Source: Barthelona sp. PCE
Lineage: Eukaryota
Direction: 5' to 3'
NCBI GenBank assembly: GCA_040285745.1
Contig: JAUFOR010000001.1
Location: forward strand, 310,001 to 374,000
Length of the DNA stretch: 64,000 nt
Of this stretch, positions 57,034-64,000 are shown one piece after another. The position numbers and the translations under genes were made by a program. The notes under the pieces were generated by a model that had not been told where the DNA came from, did no database searches, and was given only the letters and a program-made list of their open reading frames with translations. Within the stretch, counting starts at the first letter, position 1. Every line of letters begins with the position of its first letter.

Positions 57034-59514
57034 ATGGAACCAGAAGATTGGTTTGATGAAGAAGATATGTATGCTCAAATGGAGGAAGCAGAAAATGCTG
57101 CGTTTGATGATTATTATGATATTATGAACGAAATTGTGAATCCAGATGAAGTTGCACCACAAAAGTTACCCAATAAGAAGGTTACACAACGAAAAAGAAC
57201 AGCAGATGTTGAGAATGATATTATTGTATCTCAAACAACGGGGATCCCACAAAAATCACCATTTGTTGATTCATCACGCGTAAGGTCAATGCCAACCAGA
57301 AGAGAACAAGAAGCTTTTGTTTTTAAATCTGATTCATCACTTTCTTTTTCAGAGAGAATCATTATATTTGGCACAGATAAAGAGCTTTACTGTAGACGCC
57401 GCACTGCGCTTGAACAGGCCAGAAAGAAAGAAGACCTGCAAAAATCAATGGGGCAGTACACTAGACTACTGGATCGAAGCATGGCCGATTACCGTGAAGA
57501 TGTACAGAAGATTAAGAGAAAACTGTTGAAAAACAGGATGAAGAGGATCAACCGTTGTTATTCAGAACGAGGTAATCTCGTAACAGGGCAGCAAATGATG
57601 ACATCAAAATTTTTCCCTCAACGACTTTCCGAACTGGTAACCCCAGAGAATATTAATGCCAAGTTCCAAGAGTGGGTTCTCTGCTACGATCGCAAGCTGT
57701 TCCCTGCCCGGTTTAATGAACGTAAGAGAAAGGCTATCCGTAACAAACAAAAACAGCCCGATAGCGAACCGTCAAACAAAATTTTCATGCTTAGCGGTGC
57801 ACCAGGTTGTGGAAAGACCACACTCCCGCACTTTTTTGCCCGGCTTTTAGGTTATCGTGTTATTGAAACAAACGCATCAGATGATCGAACAGCATCCAAA
57901 CTAAAACAGGTTCTTTCAAATGCTCTAACTTTGAAGACTGTTTTCGGTGATCGGCGGCCAGTTATGGTCTTGCTGGATGAAGTTGATGGATTGGATTCTA
58001 TTGATTCAGTTAATGTAATACTTAAAATGAGTGAACAAGCAAGAAATCCAATTATTTGTGTTTGCAACGATCCTTGGCTTCCAAAACTGCGTGAACTCCG
58101 CAGAGCAGCCATTTTCTTTGATATACCTCCTCGGGACGATATCCCACACACGTTTTTAACGAGGTTATCAGAGATTGCAAAAAATTCTGGCTTAAAGGTT
58201 ACGAATTCTTTACTTGAAGAGCTTATCAGACACACAAAGTGTGATCTCAGAGGATGTATCATGGCTTTAGACTTTTTTAGGCGGCAGCCTTCAACATCCA
58301 AAAAGATCAAAAGAAAGAAACTCATGAAGTATCTAACTGGAGGCCGTGATCTTGGTGTTAGTATAAACAATGGTCTTAGTGTCATTTTTAAGCAAGACAA
58401 AAGCAATATAGATCGTGCTATCGAAGCTTTCTTTGATAACAACAGGGTTGAAAGTCAAGTTTTGGTTCCACTTCTTCGTTCTTTGGAGAAAGTCGATGAC
58501 CCGAGGCGGATGCTAAAGCTTTTTGAATTCAACATTGCCCGTTTGCCTTTGATCGATCCCACAATGACCCGCTTCGCATCATGGTATCCACAAATCAGTT
58601 CTATCGATCGTTTATCACAAAAACTGATCCCTATTGCAATAACTGAACTGTATTCAGAGCTTAGTGTTGCACTGGAGTCCATAAACGGTTTCGTCCCAAC
58701 GATGTACATGCCTAGAATACAAAGACCCGGTGTGGCCATGTTGCGTCAGCAGTTCTTTGATAGCCTTGTCATTCGAACAACTGGTTTACGCAGCCGTTGG
58801 GACATGTATCAACACTTTTCTGCAGTTTATTGCATGATTCGCAGGTTTTCAATGACTCTAACAGAGGGAATCATTCCCCTAATTGATCAAGCAACGCAGC
58901 TTGTTGGTGTTCGGAACCTCAATGGTCTTTATCAAAAAAGAATCGGTAAGCTATGCGCCAACATGACCTTCTACAACTTCAAGCTGGTTAAACACCCGTA
59001 TCTCGTTAATAATCTCATCATTAACCCCAATCATCGTTCAGCTCAACATATTACCGTTCAACCAGTGTATTTAGCAAGTAGTCTTGAACAATATTACTCA
59101 TTTAATCCGCTTGACAAGAAAAAGGCTATACAATTGGAGTTACTGGAGTCGGTGCGCAGCAAGATACATTACGCATCACAACGAGTATTAGCAAAGTATC
59201 AGTCAATCATTCATCAACAAATATCGATCAACAACGTGATGAGCACTATCAACTTTGACGAAAGCGATGACGAGTTTATTCCTCCATCCAGGGAGCAGAT
59301 TCAAAAGAGTAAGCCCACAACTCCATCAAAGGTAGTTGATGCACCATTAGTCCCGAAAATAACCTCGCTCAAAGCTTTGTTCAAACAAGATATGAATAAC
59401 AGAACGATGGTCAAAGAGAAGCAAGACGATTTGTGGCCGATTAGATTCAGTTATTCACATGGTGTAACAAACACAGTGAGAAAGAAATGTTATCTGCACG
59501 ATATATTGGGATAA
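57034..59514 (+). CDS. CTF18: Chromosome transmission fidelity protein 18 (RFC-like clamp loader)
   Basis: LSGAPGCGKTTL, ETNASDDRT, LLDEVDG, NPIICVCND, CDLRGC and C-terminal FSYSHGVTNTVRK (the Ctf18 Dcc1/Ctf8-binding motif). Confidence 0.92.
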   Translation: MEPEDWFDEEDMYAQMEEAENAAFDDYYDIMNEIVNPDEVAPQKLPNKKVTQRKRTADVENDIIVSQTTGIPQKSPFVDSSRVRSMPTRREQEAFVFKSDSSLSFSERIIIFGTDKELYCRRRTALEQARKKEDLQKSMGQYTRLLDRSMADYREDVQKIKRKLLKNRMKRINRCYSERGNLVTGQQMMTSKFFPQRLSELVTPENINAKFQEWVLCYDRKLFPARFNERKRKAIRNKQKQPDSEPSNKIFMLSGAPGCGKTTLPHFFARLLGYRVIETNASDDRTASKLKQVLSNALTLKTVFGDRRPVMVLLDEVDGLDSIDSVNVILKMSEQARNPIICVCNDPWLPKLRELRRAAIFFDIPPRDDIPHTFLTRLSEIAKNSGLKVTNSLLEELIRHTKCDLRGCIMALDFFRRQPSTSKKIKRKKLMKYLTGGRDLGVSINNGLSVIFKQDKSNIDRAIEAFFDNNRVESQVLVPLLRSLEKVDDPRRMLKLFEFNIARLPLIDPTMTRFASWYPQISSIDRLSQKLIPIAITELYSELSVALESINGFVPTMYMPRIQRPGVAMLRQQFFDSLVIRTTGLRSRWDMYQHFSAVYCMIRRFSMTLTEGIIPLIDQATQLVGVRNLNGLYQKRIGKLCANMTFYNFKLVKHPYLVNNLIINPNHRSAQHITVQPVYLASSLEQYYSFNPLDKKKAIQLELLESVRSKIHYASQRVLAKYQSIIHQQISINNVMSTINFDESDDEFIPPSREQIQKSKPTTPSKVVDAPLVPKITSLKALFKQDMNNRTMVKEKQDDLWPIRFSYSHGVTNTVRKKCYLHDILG

Positions 59515-59578
59515 TATGATAGTAAATAAGTTTATTACAAGTACTTAAGGTGTACGGTAACCTTATAAGAAGTCAAGC

Positions 59579-62500
59579 TTACATGAATCCATCTAATGTA
59601 GGGAATTCAATATCAGCATCATTGGAACGCTTCTTCTTCTTCTTTTTCTTCTTCTTCTTCTTCTTCTTTTTGTCAGGAGTGGCAACGTCTTCAGTTACTT
59701 CAACTGTTGAAGCACTATGTACGTCGGCTAAAGTAGCAGCTTCGCTCTTGGGTGATTGAGGAGCGCCAGTTTGTAAACCAGAATACATGCGCTGCAACAC
59801 AGATGCAACCTTACTTACACCTGTTCTTCTGCGCATCATAGCAACTTCATCTTCTTCCTCCTGGGAAGTGTACTGACTAAGAACATTTTCGGTTGATAGG
59901 CGTGATTCCATGATCTTTCGAACAACAACCTGGAACTTCTTGCGGATTTCGGCCTTACGAAGGATGACATCGTATTTAGCCTGATAGATCTGACGTAATT
60001 GCTCGAATATGTCAGTATCATTGACCAAGATGGTCTTGGGTTTCTTTGAAGCGGTAGCAAAGCGCTTCCAAAGGTTCTCCTGATCGCCGCTCATATGAGG
60101 AGGCTTCCAGTGCTTGAACAAAGTGGCAATAGGACCAACACGGGCCTTAGAAATCGTCATTGCAACACCGTTTGATGCAGAATCAGAAAGCTCATCCCAG
60201 ATAGGATGAAGAGCCTTGTTCTTAAACAGTCGCTTGAAAGTATTGACGAAATGTAACTCACGTTGGAGAATGAGATCTGGACCGCTGCCGAATGTACCCT
60301 TATGGGCACCCATGACTTGAACAGCCTTGGTGAGCTTATCGAGTGCGGTTAAGATTGTAACGAGCTGATCGTGGCTGACCATGATATCGGTGTTCGAATC
60401 CCGATAATCAACGAGCTCCTTGAGCATTGTCCTCTCGGAAGGAGACATGTACTCTGAAGGCATGAGATCAAGCTGGTGACAGATGTTCTGAATGACTGCA
60501 AGGTTAAGCATCATATCAGAGTCTCTAATGAGCGCCAAGCGAGGCTTGAGTTGGTTAAGGAGAGAATGCACAGGCTCGTTTGCCATTTGGAGCATGTGGT
60601 TAACAATCTCAACTTGATCAGTGATCAAAGAGACTGAGTGATCGTCCTTGAAAGCACGCTCAATGAGGTCCAGTAGAGCACGTTGCTTGACATTGAGATC
60701 GCCTCTAATGAGGGTACCAAGTTTAACAAGGATGGCGTAGAGCCTCTTGACTTCGATACGATCGATCTGAGCCAGTTCACGGTTCATACCAGATGTTGTG
60801 AAACGTTGAGGTTGACAAGCTTCAGTGAGAAGACGAGCGATGACTTGGGCTTCGACGGTGTTACATGTGTAACTTGAACCGCGAGTGGCAACAAGCTTAA
60901 TCTGGCGGACCAGACGGCTCTGATTCTCGTTGAAGTAACTCGTATCAAGCGTCTTGAGAACGGACGCAATCATACAAACCTGTTCAGGTGTAAGAAGCAC
61001 CTGCTCAACGTTGTTTGAAGAAGTGAATTCCTTAATAATGGTGCGAACAGAATCAACAGCCATCTTGAGCACCTTCTTGATGTTAAGGTGATCAGTATCA
61101 TTGATTGTGACCATGTCATCAAGAGTATCGAGCAATACAGAATCGACGTTCTCAACAGCAACGTTACATTCGACAGAAAGTGTTCTCTCGTCGACAACCT
61201 TTAGGAAGTCGCTCAGCTTCTGAAGTAGCACACGAGGAATAGGATTAGGAATATCATACTCCTGACTGAATGCACTTCCGTTCAGGACATCATCAGGGAT
61301 GATCTTCATCACGGATGCAATCTCGTTGGCCATGAGGAGAACAGGTCTCTCATCTTCAGCGGCAGTTTCGATCTTTTTAATGATCCTAGCACTCTTATCA
61401 TCAAGGCTTACGTTCTTATAATCGCCCAAGAGCTTAAGAACAGCGCCTGACTGTGTGCCATCGAGGGTACGAGGCAGACCGTCATCAGATGAATCGCGCA
61501 GGGTGTTAAGAACCTGGCGATAGAGGGGATCCGACAAAGAATCCATGTTGTCATCAAGAGCGTCAACCTCATAGGCGGACTTGAGATGATCAACAGCAAA
61601 CTTGCTCTTTGCCCCCTTCTCCTTTGTAGCAATGGGTGCTGCGAACAACTGCTGCTTAGTGAGGTCATCAAGCAGTTCATTGGCAATACGGAGAAGACCA
61701 ATCACATCATTCGCCTTTTCAGGAGTGATTGTGAGGGGTAGACCCTGCTGACAAGTTGAGATAACCTCAGAAGCAATTGATGCCTGTGAAGGCGTCATTG
61801 TTCGAAGAGAAATCTGGTTGATAGCCAGGGAGATACGCTCAGCCTCGAGAGGCGCGAACGTAACGGCCTTGCCTTGAGCTGACATGGTCTCCAGGTTCCT
61901 GGCAAGTGTCTCGATGGCATCATCCTTGACTGTGACAGGTGGAACTGCAGCGTGAACAAGGAGGTCGACACCAATATTGGTGAGATCAGCAGGAATAACA
62001 CAAATGACAAACTGTCTCTCAACAGAACGTTGAACAAGTGCATAGAAACGCATTTCTTCGGCATTCATGTCCATAGTGTTCAGAACACTAATCGAATCAA
62101 CAATGATTTCAGCATCATCAAGACCCATAGCGATGTTGCTCTTCGCTCGTGCAGCAAGTGTAAGACCAACTGCAATACGCTGAGACTGCTCTTCCTCGAT
62201 AAGAGCAAGAGGACCACGGCGAATGGGAACACGGAGGTACTTGTGAAGAACAGGAACAAGTTCGGGTTCAAATTCAAGTTCCTCAACCTCAAGAGAGGCA
62301 GCACGGCGGACCGATGTGAGAATCTTGGCCTCCTTTCTTCCAATGCGCTTGGCAGGGATAGTCTCAAAGATATCAAGAATAAGTCTAATAATCTCAAAGG
62401 TGGCACTGAAACCCTCCTTCTTCATAGCCTTCTTGGCAAGCTCTTGTGTAAGCAAGAATGCACTGTGAACTGTTAGAGAAGTCTCATAGAGTTCAGCTGG

Positions 62501-64000
62501 ATCATCTTCATCAGAATCGTTGAAAGTTGCCTCCCAGTTATCGATTTCATTCTCGTTAAAGACATCAGCGTTGAATTCTGATTCGTCGAATTGCTTGGCA
62601 ACACGGCGGAAGTACTTGGTCACCTTCTCACCAGTTTCTTCATCAGTCTCCTCGACGATCTCAATGTCTGAGCCGTCGTAATCACTCTCAACAGGAATGA
62701 GATCGAAACCTCGGTTGAGAGCGTTAGTAAGACCATCGCCATCAACACCAGCGAAGCGTGACAAGGACTCAGCCAGAGCTGCAGCATCCTTGCTTCCCTT
62801 GGTGTTATTGATAAGCTGCTTGAATGAACGGTACTGCTTAAGAGTAGCCTCATCAAGACCTTCTGCATCAAGAGCAGCGTCAAGATAATCAAGTCCCAGT
62901 GCAGCCTTGAGCTGGTCAATAGGTTGAATCTTTCTGCGACGACGGCGAATGTAAATAATGAGAGGAACAATAATGAGAAGACAGATCACAATGACAATAA
63001 GTGCAATAGTGGTTGTAGGGAACTCTTCCTCACGCGTGGTGGTTCGGATGAATGCCTCAGCCTGCAACTTGATGGACTTAATCTGATGAACGGTGATGTT
63101 CTTAACGATAACACCTGAACCATCAACAATGGTGATGTTGGCAGTTGTGTGGATGTAAGAAGTCTTTGAAACGTTGGTCTGTGGGTGTTTGAAGCTCACA
63201 GCAACAACAAGATCCTTGTTCAGATCATCTCCTGCAACGGTGTGGTATGAACGTGAAGATACAAGCTTGGGAACAAACTTAGACATGGGCATAGGCTTTC
63301 TGTCAAGGATAAGTACGTTCTTCTCAGTGTAGTCGTCACAACCGTAGAAACCGTTTGCAGGGTCATAACGAGGTGGATTGGAAACAGGAGCGTCACAGAT
63401 AACCATCTCGTCAATATAGAGAGTTGTTGATGAAGAGCTCTCCAGCTCACTTTGATCGTTGATTGATGTCAGGCCTACATATGTAGCAACGTTGACGGTC
63501 TCACCAACAGAGAACATTGATTGACTCTGGGTAGGGTCAAGCACAAGAGAACTCAAAGCAATATCATTGCTGAAGAAGATGGAACCGAGGCCAACTGTAT
63601 TGAACTCGGTGTTGATGGGTTGGTAGAACATACTGAGTGTAATCTTAATACGAACAGTCATGTCGGGAACCTCCTCACAGAAGATCATTGACGTAACACC
63701 GTCAGGACAGTCTCTGAGCTTGAACTCAAAGAAATAGTCGCCTGCCAACAGGTTGGGAGCATCGACGGTTGTGAATGAGGTAATATTCCATGTCTGAACA
63801 TTAAGACTGGCACCGCTTCCCTGAATGTGCTCACCAGTGAACTCAAGGTCGTTGGTGCTTTCAACAAACTCAATAGATCTGTTGAAAGGCGATGTGACAG
63901 GGGTTTCAGAACGAAGAATGATGGTGTAACCATAAACTTCGCCGTATGTGTTAATGTAGTGATCGAAATCCTTGAAGCGATAATCACCTTCACCGAGGTT
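59579..64000 (-). CDS. Large single-pass receptor-like protein (5'-truncated by window): FRAS1/FREM2 C-terminal-like ectodomain, TM segment and long cytoplasmic helical repeats
   Basis: The frame is open from 64000 (NLGEGDYRFKDF...) into the 1389-aa track ORF. TM segment IALIVIVICLLIIVPLIIYI-RRRRRK; poly-Lys tract near the C-terminus. Confidence 0.8.
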   Translation of the reverse strand, partial: NLGEGDYRFKDFDHYINTYGEVYGYTIILRSETPVTSPFNRSIEFVESTNDLEFTGEHIQGSGASLNVQTWNITSFTTVDAPNLLAGDYFFEFKLRDCPDGVTSMIFCEEVPDMTVRIKITLSMFYQPINTEFNTVGLGSIFFSNDIALSSLVLDPTQSQSMFSVGETVNVATYVGLTSINDQSELESSSSTTLYIDEMVICDAPVSNPPRYDPANGFYGCDDYTEKNVLILDRKPMPMSKFVPKLVSSRSYHTVAGDDLNKDLVVAVSFKHPQTNVSKTSYIHTTANITIVDGSGVIVKNITVHQIKSIKLQAEAFIRTTTREEEFPTTTIALIVIVICLLIIVPLIIYIRRRRRKIQPIDQLKAALGLDYLDAALDAEGLDEATLKQYRSFKQLINNTKGSKDAAALAESLSRFAGVDGDGLTNALNRGFDLIPVESDYDGSDIEIVEETDEETGEKVTKYFRRVAKQFDESEFNADVFNENEIDNWEATFNDSDEDDPAELYETSLTVHSAFLLTQELAKKAMKKEGFSATFEIIRLILDIFETIPAKRIGRKEAKILTSVRRAASLEVEELEFEPELVPVLHKYLRVPIRRGPLALIEEEQSQRIAVGLTLAARAKSNIAMGLDDAEIIVDSISVLNTMDMNAEEMRFYALVQRSVERQFVICVIPADLTNIGVDLLVHAAVPPVTVKDDAIETLARNLETMSAQGKAVTFAPLEAERISLAINQISLRTMTPSQASIASEVISTCQQGLPLTITPEKANDVIGLLRIANELLDDLTKQQLFAAPIATKEKGAKSKFAVDHLKSAYEVDALDDNMDSLSDPLYRQVLNTLRDSSDDGLPRTLDGTQSGAVLKLLGDYKNVSLDDKSARIIKKIETAAEDERPVLLMANEIASVMKIIPDDVLNGSAFSQEYDIPNPIPRVLLQKLSDFLKVVDERTLSVECNVAVENVDSVLLDTLDDMVTINDTDHLNIKKVLKMAVDSVRTIIKEFTSSNNVEQVLLTPEQVCMIASVLKTLDTSYFNENQSRLVRQIKLVATRGSSYTCNTVEAQVIARLLTEACQPQRFTTSGMNRELAQIDRIEVKRLYAILVKLGTLIRGDLNVKQRALLDLIERAFKDDHSVSLITDQVEIVNHMLQMANEPVHSLLNQLKPRLALIRDSDMMLNLAVIQNICHQLDLMPSEYMSPSERTMLKELVDYRDSNTDIMVSHDQLVTILTALDKLTKAVQVMGAHKGTFGSGPDLILQRELHFVNTFKRLFKNKALHPIWDELSDSASNGVAMTISKARVGPIATLFKHWKPPHMSGDQENLWKRFATASKKPKTILVNDTDIFEQLRQIYQAKYDVILRKAEIRKKFQVVVRKIMESRLSTENVLSQYTSQEEEDEVAMMRRRTGVSKVASVLQRMYSGLQTGAPQSPKSEAATLADVHSASTVEVTEDVATPDKKKKKKKKKKKKKKRSNDADIEFPTLDGFM

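Noticed and set aside
13709-63993. Numerous 60-215 aa ORFs antisense to or overlapping the main genes
   Set aside because: These are shadow ORFs from codon bias and low-complexity coding strands, with no recognisable motifs.

Overview
This window is gene-dense, intron-poor eukaryotic nuclear DNA using the standard genetic code. A centriole gene, a dynein-like gene, a bacterial-type uridine kinase and fused branch-point/3' splice motifs suggest an anaerobic flagellate protist, possibly metamonad-like (inference). About 27 protein genes are supported. These include a >4000-codon minus-strand ORF missing from the ORF track (12124 to beyond base 1) that resembles a catalytically dead dynein heavy chain. 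Others are eIF6, DPYD, a subtilisin-EGF-CUB protease, a cullin, ADA2, a Na/K-ATPase alpha-like pump, XRCC4, dolichol kinase, p23, histone H4 with a 3' stem-loop, HEATR6, NASP, PGM2, an ARC1-like protein, WRAP73, uridine kinase, MEMO1, LEO1, EBP2, DRS1, CTF18 and a FRAS1/FREM2-like receptor running off the right end. Two spliceosomal introns (185 nt and 40 nt) are inferred. The most unusual signal is non-coding. Many gaps are only 1-100 bp, but nearly every longer gap, and the long intron, is filled by a sequence-unique, co-linearly nested imperfect inverted-repeat structure of roughly 60-700 nt. All pairings were found by eye and no folding or database search was run. Gene names rest on recalled family motifs.
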